Positions 16,620 through 25,349 of a stretch of DNA of 32,000 nucleotides are shown here, piece by piece. The stretch spans positions 1,023,583 through 1,055,582 of the forward strand of contig NZ_CP104164.1 of the NCBI RefSeq assembly GCF_029981845.1, given 5' to 3'. Position numbers and translations under genes: made by a program. The DNA is from Candidatus Bandiella numerosa (GTDB lineage Bacteria; Pseudomonadota; Alphaproteobacteria; Rickettsiales; Midichloriaceae). Each line of letters opens with the position of its first letter. Position 1 is the first letter of the stretch. The notes beneath the pieces are model-generated. The model saw only the letters and a program-made list of their open reading frames with translations. It made no database searches and was not told the DNA's origin.

Positions 16620-18093
16620 TACCCTTTACCTCATTATAACTTGTAAACATATGTTGTAATTTCTTCTCAACCATATTTGTCTTTTCTATGACACTTATTG
16701 CTGTTAGCATCCTTTGATATGCTCCAAACCTCTTATCTGTTATTAACTTCCTTGTATCTGATATATTCCTCTTGAAGTTTTCTATATATGTTCCGTCCAT
16801 CTGCACTTTTGCAAGTTCGTCTATATTTACAGCTACAAAGTCCAGTACGCTCTCTAAATACCCAAGTATGTAGTCATATGCGATAGGCTCAGCATATTCA
16901 TGAATGTTTATTACTGAATTACCAACCATAAATGCATTTTGAACTGCAACTATCTTAAGTATCGGTATTTGCGTATTGTTTATTAAATTCTTCTCTTTAT
17001 CTGTTAAATTACCACTATGATCCCTCATTTTAGTTGCTATTCCCCTTAACATCTCTTCTATTTGCGGTACCAATGCTTTTGATTTATCAAACACCATCAC
17101 CGTAGTTCCAACTTTTAGGCATTTTTCTGTATTATCACATGAATATAGTTTCGCTTGCTCCCCACTCTTTGATTCCCCAAACATTAACGTATCTAATACC
17201 TCTGCTTCTTTCACAAGCGTTGCTTTTTCCACCGTCTTTAACTCAGCACTATCTCCACTCCCCTCTTTATACCTAATTATCGTACCACTTATACTCATGA
17301 AGAATTCTGCTGCTGTTTTATTTTCTCCTTCCAGTGTAGCAAATTGTTTCTTAATAGCAGCCCACGCTATGTTAAATTCATCTCCTAATTGATCCTTGTA
17401 TTGATTATCTTTCTTTGAATTTACTTTTTTTCTTTCATTTATATCACCACATTTATGCCTTGCTTCAGCCCAATCTTTAAATTCTGACGTATTAGTTCCC
17501 ATTGATTGGCATATCTGTTGATCTACTCTATCACTCTTTGGCCATGCACCTGCTACTAATGCTGATGCCGTCTCACAACTATTTATATTTAAACTATTGA
17601 TCTCCCTCGCTATATCATTTAACTTTTGCATTGTATTATATACCTGAGGCACATATGTCTGCAGGGCTAAATTAAATGCATATCCCGCTGCATTGCTTGG
17701 CACAGTTCTAAGTGCCTTGATCAAATCTTTCCCTATATGACTAAATGAACCCAAATGTGCGTCTATTCCACCACATCCTGCCTTAATTGACGGTGGCTGA
17801 AAATTAAACAACTGATAACTCTTTGTAGGCACCCTTGCATATATACTTCCTCCTGTGTAATATCCACCAGATTGTGTTTTATAGGATCCCGCACTTGTTA
17901 CATTTACTCCTCCTCCCATTGCACTAAATAAGTTTTCCATATCCTTCCCCACTCCAGCACTCACATCTCTTTTTGTGATTATGAATGTTGTTATTAATAT
18001 TGCATATACCAATATTTTTACTGCTCTTAATGCTCTTGCTACTATCACTGCGCTTCCTAACTTACCCAATTTAAATATTAGCATTCTCTTCAT
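16612..18093 (-). CDS. traH: TraH, F-type T4SS periplasmic protein
   Basis: GGYYTGGSIYARVP, SIKAGCGGIDAHLGSFSHI, NAAGYAFNLALQTYVP, INSLNINSCE and CDNTEKCLKV closely parallel F TraH (SGGSLYART, INAGCGGIDAYLGSFSFI, NAAGYFFDLALQTTVP, CNDSDKCLKV). Confidence 0.9.
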   Translation of the reverse strand: MKRMLIFKLGKLGSAVIVARALRAVKILVYAILITTFIITKRDVSAGVGKDMENLFSAMGGGVNVTSAGSYKTQSGGYYTGGSIYARVPTKSYQLFNFQPPSIKAGCGGIDAHLGSFSHIGKDLIKALRTVPSNAAGYAFNLALQTYVPQVYNTMQKLNDIAREINSLNINSCETASALVAGAWPKSDRVDQQICQSMGTNTSEFKDWAEARHKCGDINERKKVNSKKDNQYKDQLGDEFNIAWAAIKKQFATLEGENKTAAEFFMSISGTIIRYKEGSGDSAELKTVEKATLVKEAEVLDTLMFGESKSGEQAKLYSCDNTEKCLKVGTTVMVFDKSKALVPQIEEMLRGIATKMRDHSGNLTDKEKNLINNTQIPILKIVAVQNAFMVGNSVINIHEYAEPIAYDYILGYLESVLDFVAVNIDELAKVQMDGTYIENFKRNISDTRKLITDKRFGAYQRMLTAISVIEKTNMVEKKLQHMFTSYNEVKGSE

Positions 18094-18094
18094 A

Positions 18095-18919
18095 CTACCT
18101 ACCTTGACTTCTGATCAATTCTACTGCTTCCTTAGTTGCCTCTTTATTTACAACAAGTGCATCAACCCTTTCCTCTATCTCACTCTCACTTATATACCCA
18201 AATGCCAGTGGTATCATATCGCCACTTTTTGGATGTACTGCAATAAGCGCAGGCACCGCCTTAATTCCTAATTGAGTTGATACTCCATTATCCCTTTTTG
18301 CATTTTCAAATCCTTCCATCGGCACATCTCCTATCTGTACTGGCATTAAATCCCAACTATACTCATTTGCAAATCTCTTTACTACACTACTGAATCCTTG
18401 GCAGTATTTACAATCTACTCTAAAAAAATACATCAATCCATATTCCTTACTTAGCTCCCTTATCTTTTGCCTTTTGTTTTTTGATACCTCCTCCTTAGAT
18501 ATATGAAGCGCATTATATGATACTGGATGTTTAAGAGTTCTATCTAACTCTGGATTCTTGTATATCACTTTTTGCCATACCTCAGAGAACTTCTCACTCC
18601 TGTCTGCTATTTTCTCCTGTGTTTTTATATATTCTATTACATTTTTCTCAGTCGGCTTTATCATTGCATTATGCAGTTTACTTTCTACTTCTTTTTTGAT
18701 ATTCTCCACTTCTTGCGTAGGGGTTATAGCATTTGGCTTACTATTTTGTTCATGTGTATCAATCATTTCCTCGCTCTCTTTATTCCTTTCGTACCAATGC
18801 CAACCCCTCGCATGATTTTTGTAAAAGCTTTCATTACAATATCCACTATTTGTCATAGTAAGCACTATACTTACTATAAATATTACTTTTATAACTGATG
18901 TGGATACTGTTTTTTCCAT
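18095..18919 (-). CDS. traF: TraF, thioredoxin-fold T4SS protein, with an intact CxxC motif
   Basis: GWHWYE near the N-terminus and YGLMYFFRVDCKYCQGFS ... LGIKAVPALIAV ... AFGYISESEI parallel F TraF (GWQWYNE, YGIMFFYRGQD, VKYFPAMMLV, SYGFISQDDL). The ATG shares one base with the upstream vapC stop (TAATG). Confidence 0.85.
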   Translation of the reverse strand: MEKTVSTSVIKVIFIVSIVLTMTNSGYCNESFYKNHARGWHWYERNKESEEMIDTHEQNSKPNAITPTQEVENIKKEVESKLHNAMIKPTEKNVIEYIKTQEKIADRSEKFSEVWQKVIYKNPELDRTLKHPVSYNALHISKEEVSKNKRQKIRELSKEYGLMYFFRVDCKYCQGFSSVVKRFANEYSWDLMPVQIGDVPMEGFENAKRDNGVSTQLGIKAVPALIAVHPKSGDMIPLAFGYISESEIEERVDALVVNKEATKEAVELIRSQGR

Positions 18920-19314
18920 TAGCTACTCTTACTATATGCTGCCTTTAAATTTTTTATCATAGGATAATGCTTGATATTTAATGTCTTAAGCTCAAGACCT
19001 AAACATATTGCCGTTGCTCCTATTAAACCATCTGGTAATGCCACACTATGCGATTTATGATATTTCTGCTTATATAAACCACCTTCTTTCGCTATTTCTT
19101 GATTTATAGTTATAACTTCAAAATACTCCGTAAGGCCCTTTATTATATCACATTCCCTCGTATCTCTTGCTCCTGCATATAGTTCAGCTACTGTCACTAC
19201 CGATATACACTGCATCCCAGTTTCTTCTTCAAGTAAATCTCTAGCTTTTGGCTCTCCTTTTAAGTAATCTATAATTACATCTGTATCATATAGGTATTTA
19301 CCTTTTCCAGTCAT
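18919..19314 (-). CDS. vapC: PIN-domain toxin (VapC-like), module 1
   Basis: 131 aa with the conserved acidic pattern YLYDTDVIIDYL, VTVAELYAG, LPDGLIGATAI, and a C-terminal LNIKHY. Overlaps its upstream antitoxin ORF by 17 nt. Confidence 0.8.
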   Translation of the reverse strand: MTGKGKYLYDTDVIIDYLKGEPKARDLLEEETGMQCISVVTVAELYAGARDTRECDIIKGLTEYFEVITINQEIAKEGGLYKQKYHKSHSVALPDGLIGATAICLGLELKTLNIKHYPMIKNLKAAYSKSS

Positions 19315-19510
19315 CTCTCATACCTCTTAAATCAATTTCATATCCGTCCCATATTCCATATGCTTCTTTGAGCTTGCTTTTGTCATATTTCTGTAAAAAC
19401 TCATCTACCGCCTTCCTCACCAACTCTGACTTTGAGCTTCCTATTTTTTTAGCTAACTTATCTAACATTTCATTTGCACTGTTAGGTAAATATAATTGTG
19501 TCTTAAACAT
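19298..19510 (-). CDS. vapB: Ribbon-helix-helix antitoxin (VapB/CopG-like), module 1
   Basis: MFKTQLYLPNSANEMLDKLAKKIGSSKSELVRKAVDEFL has the strand-helix-helix pattern of RHH antitoxins. The start is placed at ATG 19510 because the upstream part of the listed 91-aa ORF contains the promoter. Confidence 0.6.
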   Translation of the reverse strand: MFKTQLYLPNSANEMLDKLAKKIGSSKSELVRKAVDEFLQKYDKSKLKEAYGIWDGYEIDLRGMRDDWKR

Positions 19511-19541
19511 TATGTTGCTGTATATTGTTACTATATCTTTT

Positions 19542-19570
19542 ATTATACTTTTTATGCTTTTTATAATCAA
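19542..19570 (-). promoter_or_regulatory. Sigma-70-like promoter for vapBC module 1
   Basis: The minus strand reads TTGATT (19570-19565), a 17-nt spacer, then TATAAT (19547-19542), 31 nt upstream of ATG 19510. Confidence 0.5.
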
Positions 19571-19583
19571 CATGATTTCTTTT

Positions 19584-19982
19584 TTATTTAATCCAATTCT
19601 CTACTTTAAGTCCTTCTATTCTAGCAAAATCTTTAATGTTATTTGTAACTAAAGTCATTTTCTTGCTTTTAGTTATTGATGCTATACAAATATCCATATC
19701 AGGAACTATCTTGCCTTGCTTTTTCAATTCTGACTTAATCTCCCCATATCTCTTTGCAGCACTGCTGTCAAAATCCAGTACCTTAATATTTCTTATAAAT
19801 CCTCTAACCGTTTCTATATTACCCTTTACTTGAGACGAGTTATACGCTCCAAAATATAATTCAGCTTCATTGATAGCTGTTGTGTGTATCTTATCTATAT
19901 CTATTGAACCTATCTTATTTACAAGAGCATTTTGACCTTGTAAAAAGTATATAATAGTATCTGAGTCTAGTACGTAATTCAT
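19584..19982 (-). CDS. vapC: PIN-domain toxin (VapC-like), module 2
   Basis: YVLDSDTIIYFL, NEAELYFGA, VPDMDICIASIT and TNNIKDF form a canonical PIN acidic residue pattern. ATGA overlap with the upstream antitoxin. Confidence 0.85.
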   Translation of the reverse strand: MNYVLDSDTIIYFLQGQNALVNKIGSIDIDKIHTTAINEAELYFGAYNSSQVKGNIETVRGFIRNIKVLDFDSSAAKRYGEIKSELKKQGKIVPDMDICIASITKSKKMTLVTNNIKDFARIEGLKVENWIK

Positions 19983-20257
19983 TGCATTATCTCCTCTTTA
20001 TTTATTCTGTGCTTTTTAATTATCTCTAATATCTCTTTACCTTGGTCATCTTTTATACTTCCAGCAAAACTCATTAAACTTCCTACTTCTTTTGCTTTCT
20101 TCTCTGCATACATTGCTACTGCTTCTGATATAATTTTACTTCTAGACATGGCATATCTTTCAGACATGCTGATTATTAAATTTCTTATTTTAGGACTAAA
20201 TGTAATTGTCACTGTTGGTCTTTGTGGCTCTTTCATAATATTATAATTATTTGTCAT
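19979..20257 (-). CDS. vapB: Ribbon-helix-helix antitoxin (VapB-like), module 2; start uncertain (20257 or 20236)
   Basis: PTVTITFSPKIRNLIISMSERYAMSRSKIISEAVAMYAEKK is RHH-like. The first ATG of the listed ORF (20266) lies inside the -10 box. ATG 20257 is 7 nt after the -10, compatible with a leaderless mRNA. Confidence 0.6.
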   Translation of the reverse strand: MTNNYNIMKEPQRPTVTITFSPKIRNLIISMSERYAMSRSKIISEAVAMYAEKKAKEVGSLMSFAGSIKDDQGKEILEIIKKHRINKEEIMQ

Positions 20258-20260
20258 GTA

Positions 20261-20293
20261 TTGCATTATACCATATTTATTACTCTAATGCAA
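20261..20293 (-). promoter_or_regulatory. Sigma-70-like promoter with embedded inverted repeat (candidate operator) for vapBC module 2
   Basis: The minus strand reads TTGCAT (20293-20288), a 17-nt spacer, then TATAAT (20270-20265). TTGCATTA (20293-20286) and TAATGCAA (20268-20261) are a perfect 8-bp inverted repeat spanning both boxes. Confidence 0.55.
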
Positions 20294-20349
20294 CTACTGC
20301 ACTTTATATAAATGCTATATTTATAACTTTTTTGCGCCATTATTAACAT

Positions 20350-21789
20350 TTATAACCCTCCATGATCCCTATTTTTATACTCTTCCTTATTGTATAAAGT
20401 CTCCTCATCTTTTGTATCTTTGCTCTTATCTCTCCCATCTGGCTTCTTCTGCCTACTTTCATTTAAATCTTCTGCTTCAGCAAACTTCTTCTCATATAAC
20501 TTCTGATCATCTATCTGCTCATTTATATCTTCTGTGTCATTTTTAGCTGCACCTACACCACCCTCTGCCATCACATCGTTTTTAATTGTATTAATCTCTC
20601 CTTCCATTAATCTTTGCGTATGCTCAAGCGCCTTCTTCATATCTCCCATCCTGCTCCATATATTCTTTTTCTTAATATCTTCAGACAAAAACTCAAAATC
20701 TATCTTCTCAAAATCTATCCCCTGCAATTCCTCTATGCTAAACCCAGTGCAATTAGGTGACTCTACATCTCCCCATCCCTTATTTATTAATCCTTTCTCC
20801 CTAGATTGCTTATTTATCTCCCTCGCTATTTTCGAATCATAACAACAATATGTTGTTCTTTTTATTATGCACGCTCCCAATACTCTACTACTACAAAATG
20901 TCCCAATTTCTACACACCTTTCTTCCTGCTTCATCTTCGCCAGATTCTTATCTCTTGCGCTACATTTTGCTCCTAACATCTTTCCCCATCCTCCTAACTT
21001 CGTACAACAATTTGTATATCCTCCTATTTTCTTATCACATTTTTCATTATTACCCTTAAACACCGAACCATTAGCTTTCCACTCACCCTGCATCTCCTTA
21101 AGTGTAGCCAACATCCCTGCAGCGTTCCCCATCTCATCATTTGCCTTGTAACTCATATCAAAGCATTTTCCATCTATGCACTTTATTTCCTCCCCACACA
21201 CAACTCTTTTTCTCTCCTCTATGTTATCCCTTTTAAATGATGGAGGCCTATACCTCTTCTCCTTTCTTATATATTTCTCACTTTCTTCACAATTATATAC
21301 TCTATTCTGCGCTACACACCAATCTCCCACCTTCTTTTTGCATTCTGTACTCTTTAGCTGGCAATATGATGCATCATCATATTGCGTGCAGTTATTCCTT
21401 GCATATCTCTTACATCTATATGCATCCTTATATCTCCAACAGTCCCTGTAAACAGTTTTTCCATTTATTACCCTACTTGCTCCTGGCTCTATACAATCTC
21501 TTCCAACTCTCTCACACTTCCCATTTAACTCTACTTCTTTTTCTTCTCGCTCTTTCCTTGCTTTTTCTATCACCTCATCCATATCTTCACTTACTTTATA
21601 ACCCTCTCCTGATACTCCAACACTTTTTTCTTTTGCATTAACTTCAATTATTAAAATAATTATTAATGCTATTATTAGCGCAATTCCAAGTAGCGGAATT
21701 TTAAAATATGTGCGTCCTAAAGATCCCGTACTTTCCATTTTTACCAATTTATCATCTTTTATTATCATAGCGGACAATCTCCATCCCAT
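20350..21789 (-). CDS. traN: TraN, C-terminal Cys-rich half with its own N-terminal hydrophobic segment
   Basis: CWRYKDAYRC, VVCGEEIKCIDGKCFD, GGYTNCCTKLGGWG, TFCSSRVLGACIIKRTTYCCYDSKIAREI and PNCTGFSIEELQGIDFEKIDF parallel F TraN (SCWAYRDTY, MVCGGDVFCLDGECD, YSNCCKDSGWG, EFCSKKVLGVCLEKKRSYCQFDSKLAQIV, PDCRGITVDELQKIQFSRLDF). TM/signal segment: YFKIPLLGIALIIALIIILIIEVNA. The start may be 21768. Confidence 0.85.
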   Translation of the reverse strand: MGWRLSAMIIKDDKLVKMESTGSLGRTYFKIPLLGIALIIALIIILIIEVNAKEKSVGVSGEGYKVSEDMDEVIEKARKEREEKEVELNGKCERVGRDCIEPGASRVINGKTVYRDCWRYKDAYRCKRYARNNCTQYDDASYCQLKSTECKKKVGDWCVAQNRVYNCEESEKYIRKEKRYRPPSFKRDNIEERKRVVCGEEIKCIDGKCFDMSYKANDEMGNAAGMLATLKEMQGEWKANGSVFKGNNEKCDKKIGGYTNCCTKLGGWGKMLGAKCSARDKNLAKMKQEERCVEIGTFCSSRVLGACIIKRTTYCCYDSKIAREINKQSREKGLINKGWGDVESPNCTGFSIEELQGIDFEKIDFEFLSEDIKKKNIWSRMGDMKKALEHTQRLMEGEINTIKNDVMAEGGVGAAKNDTEDINEQIDDQKLYEKKFAEAEDLNESRQKKPDGRDKSKDTKDEETLYNKEEYKNRDHGGL

Positions 21790-22946
21790 TCATCACTACC
21801 CCACCTTGTGCAACAATATTGAGTTGCTCTTAACTCAACATATAATCTTCCACTATTCCCAAATGCCAATTCTATTCTAATAGTATTATTTCCATCCCTT
21901 AAATACGGCACTAAATCCACGTTTGGGCTCGTGTTATAGAATCTTTTTGTATTGCACGTTCTTACTACACTTCCTGAATGTAAATTTGTGAATTCACCAT
22001 ATCCTCCATGCCAACTTCTTTCTCTCCAATATGGTCCATCCCCACCCATACTATTATATGCCTGCACCCCATTTACTGATATTCTGATCCAATCACTGTA
22101 TTGTATGTTAGTTACTCTGAATTCCTTTATAATATCTTTATTCTTTACTATAAAATTTATGTTTTTATCAATTATATGACATCTTCCACTATCTCGCACT
22201 TTATCTATTGTCCCTAAATACAAATTCGGGTAATTTGCTCTCCAAAATATATTCCCATCTATACTTCCTTGCACCATTCCTCCTGCATCATATCCACAAT
22301 CCATTTTTTCTATGCATTCCCCCATATTTTTTATACTTCGCTCGCAATAAAATAACTTATCCTCATCTTCTTCACATTTCTTATTCTCTCTTATCAACCT
22401 ACTATCTTCCACATCTACATAATATTCCTCAAACTCTACATTCTCACCTCCCACATTCTTATCCGCTATTTTACACTCTGTTTTTCCTTCTACATTCAAT
22501 CCTGATATCGGATTAGAAGTTACCGCATCACTCTTTTTTATAAATTCTTTATGCTGTAATTTCCCTGCTGTGTAATTTGACCTATGCGGATTCTCTGCAT
22601 ACGAACTCTTTGCAGCTCCTATCGCTTCCCTCACTCCTTCGTTTTCATCCTTCTCTTGTCCCTTTACCCTAGCGTCTCCCTTTGACCTTAATTCATACTC
22701 ACTGTATCCTGATTCCTTTGGCTTCTCTGTATATCCGTCTAATTCCTTTACTTGATTACTAAGCTCTCCCTTACCAGTCTCCCCCACATACTCTTTTGCT
22801 TCTTTTTTATAATCATCTATGTAATTAAAATTATATTCTTCTCCCTTAACTTGCTTCACTTCCATTAATATCACTACGTTCAATATTAATAAAATTGCAA
22901 TTTTACTTTTGCTTCTTTCAACGCTAACTGGCTTTTTTAACCACAT
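21765..22946 (-). CDS. TraN N-terminal-half-like secreted protein
   Basis: Signal-like N-terminus (KIAILLILNVVILMEV). The region KLFYCERSIKNMGECIEK resembles F TraN YTCERDLQVEQYCTR. A beta-rich region ends in CCTRWGSDEWDGDCPL (compare F TraN VVWSESCPFSK). Located exactly where the traN 5' half is expected, after trbC. Confidence 0.55.
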   Translation of the reverse strand: MWLKKPVSVERSKSKIAILLILNVVILMEVKQVKGEEYNFNYIDDYKKEAKEYVGETGKGELSNQVKELDGYTEKPKESGYSEYELRSKGDARVKGQEKDENEGVREAIGAAKSSYAENPHRSNYTAGKLQHKEFIKKSDAVTSNPISGLNVEGKTECKIADKNVGGENVEFEEYYVDVEDSRLIRENKKCEEDEDKLFYCERSIKNMGECIEKMDCGYDAGGMVQGSIDGNIFWRANYPNLYLGTIDKVRDSGRCHIIDKNINFIVKNKDIIKEFRVTNIQYSDWIRISVNGVQAYNSMGGDGPYWRERSWHGGYGEFTNLHSGSVVRTCNTKRFYNTSPNVDLVPYLRDGNNTIRIELAFGNSGRLYVELRATQYCCTRWGSDEWDGDCPL

Positions 22947-23806
22947 ACCATTTCACCAGATTTATTAAATACACCTTCCACATACTCAAAGCTTACATTC
23001 CCTGCTATCTTATTATACTTTGTGCCATTGCAACTTACCGTATCTGCACCTAAATTACCTTTTTCTTCATTCTTGCTACATCCACCCTCCTTAACTCCAG
23101 CAATAACAAATGTTGGCACCACCTTCACTTCAAATTCTTTAAAACTCTCAGGATCTATTACAACTCCATATCCAGTCTTCCTCATCATCTCACTCAAATA
23201 CTTTGCTGTTTTTTTATAACTTCCTTCCTTAAATCCTCTCATCACTGGTACCCACCCCCTTACCTTTGCTTCTCTCACTATATTTTCCAGGTTATTGTCA
23301 CTTAATGACAATGATACAAAAACTAATTTCCTACATTTATTACTAAACCCCAAAATTTCACTACTGCTATTTTTTCCATCTGTAGCATCTACAGCACCAG
23401 CACCTTCAAATAATTTCGTTTCTTTTATATATTCATCCACTCCTTTAAAACTCTTCCTTTTTAGCTCATATGATTCTTTGGCATATTCCTTTGCTTTTTC
23501 TGTTGCATCATTTACATATTTATTAACTTCCTTCTTATTTAATTCCAATACTTTAGGATTATCATATTTCCTAACCTCTCCCTCATATTGTATTGCTTTT
23601 TTTGCTCCTGCTTCCGTAATCTCTCCTAATCCCATCTCTCCTATTATTTCTCTACCCTCTACTTTATTTACCAATTGCAAACATCCTAAAAAACACAGTA
23701 ACAATACTGCCATTGCTTTCTTTATTGCTTTCTTTATTACCTTCTTGCTCACCACCAAATTTAAAGGCTCTTCAGCTAAAAACTCTTTTTTTAAATTTAT
23801 TTTCAT
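22937..23806 (-). CDS. trbC: TrbC, F-type T4SS periplasmic protein
   Basis: LVFVSLSLSDNNLENIVREAKVRGWVPVMRGF ... GVVIDPESFKEFEVKVVPTFVI parallels F TrbC (ALYFVSFSIPEEGLKRMLGETRHFGIPATLRGM ... GVQIDPTLFSQYGIRSVPALVV). Canonical position after traU. Confidence 0.8.
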   Translation of the reverse strand: MKINLKKEFLAEEPLNLVVSKKVIKKAIKKAMAVLLLCFLGCLQLVNKVEGREIIGEMGLGEITEAGAKKAIQYEGEVRKYDNPKVLELNKKEVNKYVNDATEKAKEYAKESYELKRKSFKGVDEYIKETKLFEGAGAVDATDGKNSSSEILGFSNKCRKLVFVSLSLSDNNLENIVREAKVRGWVPVMRGFKEGSYKKTAKYLSEMMRKTGYGVVIDPESFKEFEVKVVPTFVIAGVKEGGCSKNEEKGNLGADTVSCNGTKYNKIAGNVSFEYVEGVFNKSGEMVCG

Positions 23807-23823
23807 TTTCTAAATCACCATAT

Positions 23824-24840
23824 TTACATAATACAGCAATATTTCTTGCGCCATACCAAATACCCAAAATCTTCTCCATTCCCTGGTATTTCTCTCCCCG
23901 CTCCCCATATTGCACTCAGTCTCCCGAATGGATTGCAGCACATACCACCCGTACTATTTGGTATCGGGAATGTCATTTGTAATTTATACTGCGTTTTCTT
24001 AACCTTAACCGCCAACTGCTTCTTGCACACATTACTCACAGTATCCCATGCAAGCCCTACTCTATGTAACCTTGCAATCACCTTTTCCACTATTAAACTA
24101 CTCGCCTGCACTCCTCCTACATGATTCTCTATAAACCCTCCGAATGGATATAACCCTCCATCACATCCTGCGCACCAAAATAAATTATCTGATGAAAATC
24201 CACTCGTTGCCATCATACAATCTGCACTACATGCAAGTTGTGCTATCGGGTTCCCAAATAATATCGCCTCAGGATTTAATATTGCATTTAACTCATCATT
24301 ATTCCAAAGTGGATCAAACTCACTTAAATACGCAACATCTATAGATGTTTGCTCTAAACATACAAAATCCGTCAATAACTCTAACCAATAGATAAGTGGA
24401 TATATATACCAATGTACATGATAAAAACTATGCTTAAGTGCCTCATTATTACTCTTCCTTGCCACACTCCCATGCTTCTTAGCGCTCTTCATTAACTGGA
24501 GCCCTCCAAGACTCACCATACAATATGGTGTCCTCGTAACATCAGCAAGCCTCGCTGGCTCCCAAAAGCTTATTGGTATTCCAGGTACTGGTAATTTCAC
24601 TCCTCCAACATCCTTCATACATAAACATGGGATTGTGCTTGGATTGTTCGTATCTTCCCTCCCACCTGAATATAAAGGTATATTCCCTATTTTTATTGGA
24701 AATATACAACTCCAACATATATCTGTAATCGGATTTACAAATTTACCAACACATGGTTCACTTCTTGCTTTTTCTAAATTACTTGCTAAGGTTAGAATTA
24801 TCGTTATTACTTGTAATAATGGTTTTATATACTTTAATCG
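23824..24840 (-). CDS. traU: TraU, F-type T4SS periplasmic protein; true start unresolved (frame open up to 25353)
   Basis: CVGKFVNPITDICWSCIFPIKIG, ISFWEPARLADVTRTPYCMVSLGG and later blocks closely match F TraU (CEGRFVNPITDICWSCIFPLSLG, ISYWEPMALTDVTRSPGCMVNLGF). A signal-like KYIKPLLQVITIILTLASN precedes them. There is no in-frame ATG/GTG/TTG between 24840 and 25026. Confidence 0.85.
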   Translation of the reverse strand, partial: RLKYIKPLLQVITIILTLASNLEKARSEPCVGKFVNPITDICWSCIFPIKIGNIPLYSGGREDTNNPSTIPCLCMKDVGGVKLPVPGIPISFWEPARLADVTRTPYCMVSLGGLQLMKSAKKHGSVARKSNNEALKHSFYHVHWYIYPLIYWLELLTDFVCLEQTSIDVAYLSEFDPLWNNDELNAILNPEAILFGNPIAQLACSADCMMATSGFSSDNLFWCAGCDGGLYPFGGFIENHVGGVQASSLIVEKVIARLHRVGLAWDTVSNVCKKQLAVKVKKTQYKLQMTFPIPNSTGGMCCNPFGRLSAIWGAGREIPGNGEDFGYLVWRKKYCCIM

Positions 24841-25020
24841 GTCACATTGTTGCTTACAGGTGGGCCCACTATTTTTTCCAAACCTTATGACTTCATACCA
24901 CCTGTGAGCTTCTATATGGATGTTGCTTTCTTCTGGATTTATCTCTATCTCTATGCTATATTCATTACATGAATTACGAATTACACTACTTACTTTTTTA
25001 TGAAAGACGAAGAGGTTACT

Positions 25021-25347
25021 ATGCATTATAAAACTTTTGATACTCATAAATACATTAAAAGCCTCCAAGAAAGCGGCTTTAATGAAAAACAAGCTGAAAT
25101 GCTCGTTAAATCCCTTCTTGAGTCCAGAGACTTTGACCTCTCTATTCTTGCTACTCGTGAACAGGTTGCCAGACTTGACGGTAAAATTGATAAGGTTGAG
25201 TCTAATCTTGAGAAAAAGATTATTGAAGTTAAATCTGAACTCAAAGAAAGTATCTCTAGTATTAAACATGATATGCTTAAATGGATTGTCCCTATGATGC
25301 TTACTATCGTCGGTATTGCAGTTGGAATTGCGCTGAAACTTCTTTAA
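25021..25347 (+). CDS. DUF1640-like small coiled-coil protein with C-terminal TM helix (opposite strand to the tra operon)
   Basis: MHYKTFDTHKYIKSLQESGFNEKQAEMLVKSL, then a coiled-coil, then WIVPMMLTIVGIAVGIALKLL. This matches my recollection of the DUF1640 family layout. RBS GAAGAGG lies 6 nt before ATG 25021 (alternative ATG at 25000). Family assignment is from memory only. Confidence 0.6.
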   Translation: MHYKTFDTHKYIKSLQESGFNEKQAEMLVKSLLESRDFDLSILATREQVARLDGKIDKVESNLEKKIIEVKSELKESISSIKHDMLKWIVPMMLTIVGIAVGIALKLL

Positions 25348-25349
25348 TA

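Noticed and set aside
19511-19573. N-terminal extensions of the antitoxin ORFs (MLIIKSIKSIIKDIVTIYSNI at 19511-19573, and MQY at 20258-20266)
   Set aside because: These stretches contain the predicted -35/-10 boxes of the respective vapBC promoters, so they are very unlikely to be translated.
20534-23813. Many long plus-strand ORFs opposite the tra genes (e.g. 20534-20842, 21237-21641, 22208-22516, 23295-23813; similarly 15169-15729, 18558-18898, and minus-strand 2327-3006 opposite the left arm)
   Set aside because: The products are low-complexity and L/S/P/F/H-rich, and lie exactly antisense to recognisable Tra proteins. The purine-rich sense strands leave few stop codons on the complement. 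No RBS or family resemblance.
25037-25297. Alternative-frame ORFs inside the DUF1640-like gene (25037-25297 plus strand, 25044-25244 minus strand)
   Set aside because: No start context and no recognisable features. They are explained by the biased composition of this segment. Only the exact-antisense frame linking the TPR stop to traU is kept as a finding.
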